This document shows, piece by piece, positions 34,812 through 44,317 of a stretch of DNA of 64,000 nt (positions are counted from its first letter, which is position 1; each line of letters starts with the position of its first letter). Origin of the DNA: a bacterium (lineage in GTDB: Bacteria > UBA8248 > JACPRG01 > G963555815). The position numbers and the translations under genes were made by a program. The stretch spans positions 896,001 to 960,000 of the forward strand of contig CBDHDG010000006.1 in NCBI GenBank assembly GCA_965261595.1. Direction: 5' to 3'. Below the pieces are notes generated by a model, which was given only the letters and a program-made list of their open reading frames with translations, was not told the origin of the DNA and ran no database searches.

Positions 34812-35378
34812 ATGCGAGACGGCGCCAAGACCAAATCACTCATCGAAAGGACGGCCCTGCGCCTCTTCGTCGAAAAGGGGATAAGCGAAACCACGGTCCG
34901 GGACATCGCCTCAACCGCAGGGATCGCCGAGGGGACGATGTACCGGCATTATGCCAGCAAAGAAGAGCTCGCGGGGACCCTGTTCGAGGAGAATCTGGCA
35001 GCGTACGTGCGGGAGCTGGATCGCCTGCAACAGGAACACCCAACGGTCAGGAGGAAGCTGGAAGCGATGATCCGCTTCACGTGCGCTTTTTTCGACAGCG
35101 ACCGCCACCTATATGCTTATCTCGTTCTCTATTTACACGGACAGCACAGGAGGGTGACTCCGGACATGCCGCATCCCGAGTTGTTGGTCCGCAACGTAAT
35201 CGCCGACGGGATGGAGCGGGGGGAGATTTCCGAAGGGGATCCGGACGTATCGGCGGCAATCGTGGTGGGGATCGTGAGGCAGATGGCCGTTTCCATCTTA
35301 TACGGACGGATCAAGCGCACCCTTACCAGTGTTGCGGATACCCTTGTGTCCGCAAGCTGGCGGATTCTGAACGGCTAG
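34812..35378 (+). CDS. TetR/AcrR-family transcriptional regulator
   Basis: ALRLFVEKG...TTVRDIA...GIAEGTMYRHYASKEEL HTH. Confidence 0.93.
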   Translation: MRDGAKTKSLIERTALRLFVEKGISETTVRDIASTAGIAEGTMYRHYASKEELAGTLFEENLAAYVRELDRLQQEHPTVRRKLEAMIRFTCAFFDSDRHLYAYLVLYLHGQHRRVTPDMPHPELLVRNVIADGMERGEISEGDPDVSAAIVVGIVRQMAVSILYGRIKRTLTSVADTLVSASWRILNG

Positions 35379-35429
35379 TGCTTCCTTTCTGAGGAAGGCG
35401 TATTCCATTTCGAGGAGGGGTGCCGGAGT

Positions 35430-35485
35430 TGTAGCCGCGATTTGAGCGCAGGGTCAACCGACCCGGAGCGGAGTTCGGGGCTACA
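35430..35485. repeat. REP-like palindromic element
   Basis: TGTAGCC...GGCTACA ends with inner GGGTC/GACCC stem. Confidence 0.4.
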
Positions 35486-35539
35486 CCCGAAAATCGATAC
35501 GCGAATTTATGCTGGTCCTCGCTTTGTGGGAAAAAATCA

Positions 35540-35557
35540 TGAGTGACCGCTCATCCA
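35540..35557. promoter_or_regulatory. TetR-type operator copy 2
   Basis: TGAGTGACCGCTCATCCA, similar to copy 1. Confidence 0.45.
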
Positions 35558-35834
35558 CCGGGTTCAAATCGGGTCCGCCCTCGATTGGGCCGGGCGTTAA
35601 TCTCCTTGTCTATTGTGTCAACAAAGTTATCAACCTGGCGACCCAAATCCGGCATACAACTCATACGATATCCATAAATCACGTTAATTCAAGTGGATAC
35701 AGATCCATCGTGTTTCGGCATCGCTCTTGCTATTGGGTCTGTCGTGACATTCATCGGGACTTCACGAAAATGGGATGTGCAACGGTGTGTGAAAGGAGTG
35801 GATACTGAGACGGGATTTTTTTTCGGGCAAATAA

Positions 35835-35852
35835 TGAACGAATGTTCACTCA
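35835..35852. promoter_or_regulatory. TetR-type operator copy 3
   Basis: Reverse complement TGAGTGAACATTCGTTCA. Confidence 0.55.
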
Positions 35853-35900
35853 CGAGGCAATCGCCTGAAACCGGGGTCCGTTCACAGCAAGGAGGGCGCG

Positions 35901-36125
35901 ATGAATCTCAAAAGATCAAGCAGTAGGCGCACGGGCAGTAATGAAGCCGGCTTCCATTTCTCCTTAAAAGACAGAGGGCGTAGCTCCATGAAGGAGTCTT
36001 TCATAGATGTCGCGCGCGCTTTCGCCGAAGCCGCCCGGGAATTCAAGAGTGACCTCGACTCGGTGAATAGCAAAAAGCCCTATCACGAACATAAACTGAC
36101 TCAGGACCAAGAGGATATGGTCTGA
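35901..36125 (+). CDS. small hypothetical protein (74 aa)
   Basis: AAGGAGG RBS before ATG; downstream of operator copy 3. Confidence 0.45.
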   Translation: MNLKRSSSRRTGSNEAGFHFSLKDRGRSSMKESFIDVARAFAEAAREFKSDLDSVNSKKPYHEHKLTQDQEDMV

Positions 36126-36229
36126 TATCGGGTGGTCTCACCCGGGTCCTCAAACCGCGAAATAGTCGCTTTTGGCTTGCCTTGGCAGGCGTAAGTGAGT
36201 GACGAGAGGGAAAAATTTGGCCATGATAG

Positions 36230-36247
36230 CGAGCGAATATTCACTTA
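36230..36247. promoter_or_regulatory. TetR-type operator copy 4
   Basis: Reverse complement TAAGTGAATATTCGCTCG, upstream of the lipase. Confidence 0.5.
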
Positions 36248-36414
36248 CTTATCAAGGCAAATATCCCGCTGGGCGGCGGGCAAAGGGGGGGGATGATAGA
36301 TGACAAGCGTGTGATCGGGATCCGTCTAGGGATACGGAAACCATCGGGGATGGAATCAGGTCAACGGGAATTGGGGATGCTTGAACCAATTCTCAACCAA
36401 AAAGGGAGAGAACA

Positions 36415-37704
36415 ATGAGAGTAACGACCCGGAAAAAGAATGGTGCGAAAACCTTTTGGAAGTATCTCGGGATCCTCTTCGTCGCAGCCGGTCTGGCGGC
36501 GCCCGTCCCGAACGCCTGGGGGGACTCGTCGAAGAAGGCCGATCTGTCCCGACTCCTGGTCGTCGGCGATTCGCTCGCAGTGGGATTTCAAAACGGATCG
36601 CTCCTCGCCCGGCAACAGGTCAACGGCTTCGCCAGCCTGCTGGCCGACCAGGCGCAGGTGGCGCTTTCGCTTCCCCTCATCGCGGAGCCGGGCATCCCGA
36701 ACGTCCTGACGCTGGTGGATCTCGGTCCTCCGCCGGTGCTTGGCCGGGAGCCCGGGGTCTCGACCGGACGGACCAACCCGACGGTCCAGGCGACGAACCT
36801 GGCGGTGCCCGGGGCCACGGTGCAAGATGCGCTGACCACCCGGCCCGACTTCCTCTTCGACGACCTGACCGACCTGGTATTGGGACTTCCCGGTGTCTTC
36901 TCCGGAATCTCCCGCAGCCAGGTTGAATGGGCGGAGGCGCTTGCCCCCACCACAATCCTGATCTGGATCGGGAACAACGATGTCCTCGCCACCGCGATTC
37001 AGGCGGACGCCTCGCTCCTCACACCCGTTGCGGACTTCGAAGCGGCCTACGCGGAAGTGATGGATCGGCTGGCGGCGACGGGAGCGACGCTGGTGGTTGC
37101 GAACATTCCCGACATCTCCAGCATTCCGTTCCTGACATCGGCGGAAGAAGTCGCTGCGGTCATCGGGCTTCCGCTCGATTTCCTCGGCCCGATCCTGGGG
37201 ATCGGCCCGGGAGATCTCGTGACGCCCGACGCCTTCGAACTGATCGGCGAAATCCTCCGAGGCAGCGCGGGGCCTCTGCCCGATAACGTCGTCCTCGATG
37301 CGGACGAGGTCGCCGAGATCCGGACCGTCACCGAGGCCTTCAACGCCTTCATCGCCCGGCAGGCGGCGGCGAAGGGCGCGGCGCTGGTCGATTTCAACGC
37401 CCTGACCGACTCCATCGACGCCGACGGATTCGTCGTGGGCGGCCAGCGTCTCACACTCTCCTTCCTCGGCGGCGTGTTCTCGCTCGACGGGATCCACCCC
37501 ACGAACACGGGGCATGGACTGATCGCCAACGAGTTCATCAAGGCGTTGAACACGCGTTTCGCTGCGGGCATTCCTCCCGTGTCGATTCGGCGGATCCAAA
37601 AATCCGACCCGCTGGTTCTTCCGGGCATCGGGCATCCGCCTTCGGCCTTCGGGTCCATGGGCGCGGCGGCCGTCGCAGCCGTGCGCGCAGTCCTGGCCCG
37701 CTGA
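36415..37704 (+). CDS. exported SGNH/GDSL hydrolase
   Basis: Signal peptide, VGDSL, NLAVPG, WIGNND, DGIHP. Confidence 0.88.
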   Translation: MRVTTRKKNGAKTFWKYLGILFVAAGLAAPVPNAWGDSSKKADLSRLLVVGDSLAVGFQNGSLLARQQVNGFASLLADQAQVALSLPLIAEPGIPNVLTLVDLGPPPVLGREPGVSTGRTNPTVQATNLAVPGATVQDALTTRPDFLFDDLTDLVLGLPGVFSGISRSQVEWAEALAPTTILIWIGNNDVLATAIQADASLLTPVADFEAAYAEVMDRLAATGATLVVANIPDISSIPFLTSAEEVAAVIGLPLDFLGPILGIGPGDLVTPDAFELIGEILRGSAGPLPDNVVLDADEVAEIRTVTEAFNAFIARQAAAKGAALVDFNALTDSIDADGFVVGGQRLTLSFLGGVFSLDGIHPTNTGHGLIANEFIKALNTRFAAGIPPVSIRRIQKSDPLVLPGIGHPPSAFGSMGAAAVAAVRAVLAR

Positions 37705-37905
37705 GCCGCCCTCTGAGCGGCCTTAGCGGGAATGCGCGGTGAACCTCCCGCCCTCTTGATAAGGCCGCGGGGGAGTCGGACCGGATTGCGGGGGGGGGGC
37801 CTGAACAGCGCTGAAAGAGTCGTCTTCTCCGGGAGCGAAGAAGAGCGAATCACCGATCAAGCGGCGCCCGGACATCGGCGCAAAGCGGAAGAAAAGGAGG
37901 GGGCA

Positions 37906-39648
37906 ATGGACGCAGGTTCTCCATTCCGGTTCAAAATCGCAACCGAGCCGTGGGAATTCGCGCAGATCCACCGACTGAACTACAAGACCTTCGTAGAGGA
38001 AATTCCTCAACACGCTGCGAACCGGCTCAGGACTCGGGTCGACAAGTTCCATCATGAGAATACGTACGTCATTTGCCTCCTCGGTGATCGGGTGGTCGGC
38101 ATGGTGGCCGTTCGATCCGGGCACCCCTTCTCGCTCGACGAGAAGCTCGAAGACCTGGATTCCTACCTGCCCCCCGGCCGTTCGGTCTGCGAGCTCCGGC
38201 TCCTTTCCATCGAAAGGGATTACCGCAGGGGCGTCCTCTTCCATGGACTCCTGAGAGAGTCGGTGCTGCACTGCACCGCTCAAGGGTATGACCTGGTCGT
38301 CATCTCCGGGGCCCTGAGCCAACAGAAACTGTATGAGCGCCTCGGGTTCGTGCCGTTCGGACCCGTCGTCGGAACCCCCTCGGCGAGGTATCAACCCAGG
38401 TTCGTGACCTCGGAGAGATTTCTGGAAAAGGCCGGGAAGTTCCTCCCGGACCTCACCGGAGACTCCGCCGCTTCGAACCCCGTGAACCTGTTGCCCGGTC
38501 CGGTCGAAATTCGCCCGGAAGTCCGAAAGGCCTTCCAGGAAGCTCCAATTTCCCATCGGTCGGACATCTTCATGCGGGACTTTCACCAGACGAAGCGGCT
38601 CCTTTGCGAACCGCTCGGTTCCGGACGGGTCGAGATCTTTTCCGGTTCGGGCACGCTGGCGAACGATGTCATCGCCGGCCAACTGTCGTTGATCCCGGGG
38701 CGGGGGGGGCAAGGGTTGATCCTGAGCAACGGCGAATTCGGAGAGCGGTTGATCCTCCACGCAACGCGCTTTCGACTCCCATTCGAGACATTCCGCCTCG
38801 AATGGGGGGACACGTTCGATCGTGCACCGGCTCCGGCGTCTCCTGGACCGGGGTTCAAACATCCGGTGGTTGTGGGCCGTTCATTGCGAAACCTCGACCG
38901 GCGTCCTGAACGACATCGAGGCGTTGAAGGCGATCTGTGCGGAAAGAGACATCCGCCTCTGTATGGATTGCATCAGCTCGATCGGCACGGTCCCCATCGA
39001 CCTGGACGGCGTGTACCTCGCATCCGGGGTGAGCGAAAAGGAATCGGCGCGTTCCCGGGGTTGTCGCTGGTGTTCTATCACCACAAGGTCCTTCCGGCCC
39101 CGTCCGCGCTTCCGGGGTGTCTGGACCTCGGCCTCTACAGAGAAAGAGACGGGGTGCCGTTCACGATTTCCTCGAATCTTCTCTATGCCTTGCGCTCGGC
39201 CGTGAAGCGGCTTCACCAAAAAAGGCCTTTCGATGACCTTGCCGCACTCTCGATCCGGCTGAGGTCCGGGTTGCTCGAGGTCGGGTTTCGAATTGTCGCC
39301 CCCGAGGCGCACGCCTCCCCCGCTGTGGTCACGATCCCGTTGCCCGAATCGATAAGCTCCGAGGAGGTCGGGCGTCGGCTGGAAGAGCGCGGCTATCTCC
39401 TGCATTACAAGAGCGGCTATTTGGTCGAGCGAAACTGGATTCAAATCTGTCCAATGGGAAAATTTCCGAAGGAGGCGTTGTGTTCCCTGCTGAAGTCCCT
39501 GAGGGAGGCGGCCAACCCTGAAAATTTTCGTGATGTCACTCAGCCGTGGAGACCGCCCGAGAATTTTTTGGCTGATTTTGTGAGTGATTATTCACGCATA
39601 AATCCGCCGGAGCTTTCGGCTGATCGCGGGAAGGACCCAATTCAATGA
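37906..39648 (+). CDS. GNAT-like domain fused to a class V PLP aminotransferase-like domain; two compensating frameshifts (~38820 and ~39035)
   Basis: QIHRLNYKTFVEEIPQH...LYERLGF; NLLPGPV, GSGTLAND, SNGEFGERL; conserved WAVHCETSTG/DCISSIG block lies in the +1 frame (ORF 38822). Confidence 0.8.
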   Translation: MDAGSPFRFKIATEPWEFAQIHRLNYKTFVEEIPQHAANRLRTRVDKFHHENTYVICLLGDRVVGMVAVRSGHPFSLDEKLEDLDSYLPPGRSVCELRLLSIERDYRRGVLFHGLLRESVLHCTAQGYDLVVISGALSQQKLYERLGFVPFGPVVGTPSARYQPRFVTSERFLEKAGKFLPDLTGDSAASNPVNLLPGPVEIRPEVRKAFQEAPISHRSDIFMRDFHQTKRLLCEPLGSGRVEIFSGSGTLANDVIAGQLSLIPGRGGQGLILSNGEFGERLILHATRFRLPFETFRLEWGDTFDRAPAPASPGPGFKHPVVVGRSLRNLDRRPERHRGVEGDLCGKRHPPLYGLHQLDRHGPHRPGRRVPRIRGERKGIGAFPGLSLVFYHHKVLPAPSALPGCLDLGLYRERDGVPFTISSNLLYALRSAVKRLHQKRPFDDLAALSIRLRSGLLEVGFRIVAPEAHASPAVVTIPLPESISSEEVGRRLEERGYLLHYKSGYLVERNWIQICPMGKFPKEALCSLLKSLREAANPENFRDVTQPWRPPENFLADFVSDYSRINPPELSADRGKDPIQ

Positions 39649-39876
39649 GCCGCAGGCGCTCGAATCGATGCTTCGTCGTTGGGGCTGACATCCGGTTGGC
39701 CTTCTGGAGAGACTTCCGAAGGAGCAATAGGGACGGTCTGTCATGCGAAGGTCTTCCGTAGACGTCTCGCCCGCATTCGGCGAGGCCGTCCGAGAAATGA
39801 CCGATGCCCCTGACCCTCCGAATAGAGTGCAGTCCGATCGGAAGCGTGAAACCTATCCCCGTGAGGAGGAGAACTC

Positions 39877-40344
39877 ATGAAAGGTGAAAGCAAGACCCGG
39901 TTACCGTTGTTCATGGCCCTTGTCTTGGGTTTGGTCCAGGGCTGCGGGTGGGCATTTCATTACCCTCCCACACATGAGCCTCCCTTTCCGGAAATGTCGG
40001 CGCCTGGGAAAGCGTCGCCTCCCATCCCTCTGAAAGTGGCCTTCAAGGTCAGTGAGGATCTTCGGGGTCCAAGCGCAGCCATCTACACGGATTATACCGA
40101 AAAGTTTCACCGGGCCTTCGTGAATGGATTCATCTCGGCGAGACCTTTCTCCAAGGTCGTGGAATTGAAGGGAGATATCAAGATGGCCGACTACGACCTG
40201 TATCTGGAGATTGGCTTTGAGCCCGAGTATGATTTTCGAAACAAGTACTACGAGATTTCAAGCGGGTCCCTTCTCCCCGGAGCCCGCTATCAATTCGGCA
40301 CCTGGAAGTCCGCATCTTCGCAACCTCAAATCGAGAGTTCTTAA
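39877..40344 (+). CDS. hypothetical lipoprotein, possibly truncated
   Basis: GAGGAGG RBS; lipobox-like VQGC; 3' end looks degenerate. Confidence 0.5.
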   Translation: MKGESKTRLPLFMALVLGLVQGCGWAFHYPPTHEPPFPEMSAPGKASPPIPLKVAFKVSEDLRGPSAAIYTDYTEKFHRAFVNGFISARPFSKVVELKGDIKMADYDLYLEIGFEPEYDFRNKYYEISSGSLLPGARYQFGTWKSASSQPQIESS

Positions 40345-40921
40345 AGCGTTACTACTTCAAGACAAAAACCAAAGGTGTGGGCTGGGTCTGGGGGTTCTCC
40401 ACACTGCCCAGCGTGACGATGGAGGATTGGGGGTACGGGTTTGCACGGCGATTGGGATTGAGGCTATTGCAAGACCGAGGGTTCTTCGAAGGACTCGAAC
40501 AACCGTCAAAGCCCCGAAAATCGTAGGTTCCCGGCCCTTGCGAAACCGATGGCAGCCGCTGCCGGGCGCGTGCAGGATTCAGCCGACCCGCATCCCGTCT
40601 CTTGAGCAACCGTGAGCGCTTTTTCATGCAGGAGCGGGGCGCGGGGTCTTATTTGCAGGCGCCATCCAAAGAGTTTGCCGTTGGCGGCTTGTCCGCCGGC
40701 GCCTCCTCCTGTCTTCTCCCGATGGCACGGGAGGGTGACTTTCACCCACCCGCACGCTCGCACCCATTTCCGTGGCTCAAATCACCCGCTCGTTCCCCCC
40801 GTCCACCGGGACCTGCGCGGCGGTGGTCTTGGCGAAGAGCGGACCGCACATCTCCGCGGCCGGCTTCAGCAGGTGGTCCGGACGCACGGGCGCTAAAGGC
40901 CAGGCCCACCGACGCGCTCCC

Positions 40922-41857
40922 CTACGGCAAGAGCGCCTTCTCCACCGTGGCGTGAACGCCTTTGTTTCCATTCACCACCTGGGTGATGCGGAGGTCCACG
41001 GCGGCGGTGCAGAAGACGTAGGCGTCTTCCCGGCTGAGGCCGTGCTCATCGCTCAGAAAATTGATCATCTCCCGCAGGGCGGTCTTGGACGCGTTGTCCA
41101 GATCCCGGTCGAACCCCATCGTGATGTAGTGCGTCGGCGTCTCGGACCGGGGGAGGCTCAGCTTCATGTCCTTGCGGACGGTGAGGCGCACCGTCCCATC
41201 CATGCAGGTCTCGACGGCCGTCTGGTTGACCTCGCCGTCGCCCTGGACGGCGTGGCCGTCTCCGATGGAAAACCCCGCGCCCGGCTTCCAAACGGGAAGG
41301 TACACGGTGCTTCCGGCCACCAAGTCCTTGTTGTCCAGGTTCCCCCCGTGGACGTGGGGCGGGTTGCTGGGGATCTCGCCGAAACTTTCCGGCGGACAGA
41401 CGCCCAACTGGCCGAAGAACGGCTTGAGCGGAACCTTCCATCCCGAGACCACCTCGGCGGTTCTCCCCTCCAAGTCCAGGTCGATGACGCGGCAGGTGTT
41501 GTACGGGAAATCTTCCGGCAGGGCCCCGCCGAAAATCCGAATCAAATTCCATGCCCAATCGCACGCGAGTTTGATCTCCTCGACGGCGACCTCCAGGACG
41601 TCCCCCGGCTCGGCCCCTTCCACCGTGATGGGTCCCGTGAGGATGTGCGGACCGGCGCCGTGCCGGGACCGGGCGAGGATGTCGGTGAGCCCTTTCGGGA
41701 TTCTCCCGGCGTCGTCCGGCAGGAAGCCGTCTCGGCCCGAGACAGTGTGCGCGATGACCCGGTCGCCCGACTCGACGGTCAGGACGGAATCGAGCCGGTA
41801 ATCGTAGTAGCCGTAATGGACCGTTTCGGGCGTCGCGAAGAGCTCGTGGGTCTTCAT
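40922..41857 (-). CDS. acetamidase/formamidase family protein
   Basis: GPHILTGPI, HGGNLDNK, GDGHAVQGDGEV, TAVE. Confidence 0.9.
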   Translation of the reverse strand: MKTHELFATPETVHYGYYDYRLDSVLTVESGDRVIAHTVSGRDGFLPDDAGRIPKGLTDILARSRHGAGPHILTGPITVEGAEPGDVLEVAVEEIKLACDWAWNLIRIFGGALPEDFPYNTCRVIDLDLEGRTAEVVSGWKVPLKPFFGQLGVCPPESFGEIPSNPPHVHGGNLDNKDLVAGSTVYLPVWKPGAGFSIGDGHAVQGDGEVNQTAVETCMDGTVRLTVRKDMKLSLPRSETPTHYITMGFDRDLDNASKTALREMINFLSDEHGLSREDAYVFCTAAVDLRITQVVNGNKGVHATVEKALLP

Positions 41858-41883
41858 GGGTTGGGTCTCCTGATCGTTTCTAG

Positions 41884-42059
41884 TGTAGTGTCTCCAAAAT
41901 AAATTGACACTTCACAAATTGCAGAGAAGCCGGGCAAGATGCCCGCCCTACCTGTTTTGATAACACCGGCTTTCCATCGCACGGTAGGCCGGGCATCTTG
42001 CCCGGCTGGAAAAGGACCATTCGGGTCACAATATGTAAAACCATTTACGAGACACTACA
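41884..42059. mobile_element. MITE (176 bp) with CTAG target duplication
   Basis: 26-bp imperfect TIRs (20/26; first 11 bp TGTAGTGTCTC identical); CTAG at 41880-41883 and 42060-42063; no ORF. Confidence 0.75.
41928..42007. repeat. inverted pair of GTAG-type REP-like units inside the MITE
   Basis: 41928-41952 and 41983-42007 are reverse complements at 24/25; each is GTAG plus a GGGCA/TGCCC-centred hairpin. Confidence 0.7.
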
Positions 42060-43052
42060 CTAGGATGTAAGACCGAACAGCCGCCCGACGTTGCCGCCGA
42101 GGACCCGGGCCTCCGCCGCCGCGCCGAGGTCCGCCCGCTTCACGTCCCCGACGGGGTCGGGCGGGGTCATGTCATAGGGGTAGTCGCTCCCCAGGAAAAC
42201 GTTCTCCGCGCCCATCTCACCAACCAGATACGAAATGGCCGGGGGGTGATAGAGCAGACTGTCCCACCCGAGCCGCGAGAGGCCTTCGGCCGGCGGACTC
42301 GATAGGTGTTCGCGGACTTCCTCCGAGATGTCGTAGATGTGGCCCCAGCGCCCCTGGAGGTAGGGGACCGTCCCGCCCCCGTGGGCGAAAATCCAGCGGA
42401 TCCGCGGAAAACGCTCCAGCGTTCCGCTGAAGAGCAGATTCCCGACGGTCAAGGAGGTCTCCAGCGGAAATCCGACCCCGTTCCACAGCCGGTAGGCCCG
42501 CATCTTCTCGAAGCCCACCGGGGCGATGGGGTGGACGAACACGGGCATGCCGTGGGCGTTCAGCGTCTCATAAAGAGGATAAAAATCCTTCGCGCCCAGG
42601 TGTTCGCCTTTCACGTTGGAGGGCAGCATCACCCCGTGAAGCCCCAGCGCCCGCACCCGCTCCAGCTCCCGGGCCGCCAGGGCGGGATCCTGAAGGGGCA
42701 ACACCCCGAGGCCGATGAACTTCCCGGGGCGGGCGCGGACCAGATCGGCATAGGCTTCATTGCTTTCCCGGCAAAGCTCCCCCGCCAGGCCGGGGTCCGC
42801 GAAGAGAACGTTGGGGCGGGAGGAGTGATGGATGACCTGGACGTCCACCCCCATGGCCTCCATGTCCCGCAGCCGGACCTCGACGTCGAAGAACGGCCGA
42901 AGGGGCGGATGGAGAAGCCCCTGGAGCCGAAGCTCCCGCTCCCCCTCCCCCCCGGCGTCCCGGGTCAGCTCGACCCCGTATGCGGAACCCTCCCGCTCCA
43001 CCAGGTCGAGATACTTTTCCGGAAAGTAATGCGTATGAACGTCGATGATCAT
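42060..43052 (-). CDS. amidohydrolase-2 family (ACMSD-like decarboxylase/hydrolase)
   Basis: IDVHTH, PVFVHP, AHGGGTVP, LGSDYPYDM. Confidence 0.88.
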   Translation of the reverse strand: MIIDVHTHYFPEKYLDLVEREGSAYGVELTRDAGGEGERELRLQGLLHPPLRPFFDVEVRLRDMEAMGVDVQVIHHSSRPNVLFADPGLAGELCRESNEAYADLVRARPGKFIGLGVLPLQDPALAARELERVRALGLHGVMLPSNVKGEHLGAKDFYPLYETLNAHGMPVFVHPIAPVGFEKMRAYRLWNGVGFPLETSLTVGNLLFSGTLERFPRIRWIFAHGGGTVPYLQGRWGHIYDISEEVREHLSSPPAEGLSRLGWDSLLYHPPAISYLVGEMGAENVFLGSDYPYDMTPPDPVGDVKRADLGAAAEARVLGGNVGRLFGLTS

Positions 43053-43155
43053 TCCCGCTCCCCCGATACCCGGGTGCATCCGGCCTCCATTCGATCATTG
43101 AGGTTGCCGGAAATTCCACTTACAATGCAACCCACCTGAAGAAGGAAGGCCGCCC

Positions 43156-44108
43156 ATGCCGATTCCGGGTCGAAAAAGGGAGGCGCCATCCTCCTTCCAA
43201 GCCTCCCCTCCTCCGTTTTCCTCCGGCGCCGCCGATTCCATCCCCGGACCCATCCGGGGATAAGGTCCTCGTCGGGACGGCCGGCTGGATTTACAAGGAC
43301 TGGGAGGGAACCGTCTATCCCAAACCCGCGCCCCGCGGGTTCGACCCCCTGGTGTTTCTCCTTGAATACGTGGACGCCATCGAAGTCAACAGCACCTTCT
43401 ACCGCCCCCCTTCAGCATCCTCCGCCCGAAGCTTGGCGGCGAGGGCGGCGGTCCATCCCCGGCGCCGGCTGACCGTCAAGCTCTGGCGTGGATTTTCTCA
43501 CGAAAGAAGGGGGATCACGAAACAGGACGTCACCCTGTTTCGCAAGGGGATCGAGCCTTTGCTGGAAGAGGGGCTGTTCGGCTGTCTCCTGATGCAGTTT
43601 CCGTGGTCGTTCAAGAATACGGAGGAAAACCGGGTCTGGCTGAACACCCTGTTCAAGGCGTTTGAGGGGCTGCCCCGGGCGATGGAGATTCGTCATGCGT
43701 CCTGGAACCGACCGGCGCTGCTGCGTTGGCTCGCGGACAAGGACATCGGTTTCGTGAACATCGACCAGCCGGTGATCGGACAATCCATCGGACGGACCGC
43801 GCACGCTTCCGGGCCGGTGGGGTACGTCCGGAGGCACGGCCGGAACGCCGGCGACTGGTTCCGGGAGGACGCCGGACGGGACGCCCGATACGACTACCTC
43901 TACACCCGGGAGGAGATCGAGCCCTGGCTTTCGAGCATCCGCCGAATCGCCGGGGCGGCGCCGGAAACGTATGTCATCCTCAACAATCATTTCCGCGGAC
44001 AGGCGTTGGTCAACGCCATACAGATTCGGCGTCTGCTGACGGGGGCAGCCGCGCAAAGTCCCCGCCGATTTATTGAGACATTATCCGGAGCTGGATGAAA
44101 CCTTTTGA
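43156..44108 (+). CDS. DUF72 protein, with frameshifts near both ends
   Basis: VGTAGWIYKDW, IEVNSTFYRPP, LMQFPWSF, EIRHASW, HGRN, YDYLY, NNH; ATG 43156 and the tail VPADLLRHYPEL are out of frame at G runs. Confidence 0.8.
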
Positions 44109-44317
44109 TCCGCGCGGCCCCATGCCGGCCCGGACGCCGGGGCGCCCGGCGGGAAACGGCGGCCGATTTCTCCATTTCACCACAGGTGAATTTCCTGTAG
44201 ATTCTCAAAAGGGATTGCCGCACAGGATGCACTCGGCCTCATCGATCCACGTTGGTGATTCTCACCCTTCAGGAAGGGTGGGCCTGTCCGTGAGGTGCAA
44301 CGTTATGAGGAGGCAAG

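Noticed and set aside
35509..35926. ORFs 35509-35808 and 35693-35926
   Set aside because: No convincing RBS, atypical composition, and they overlap putative regulatory sites.
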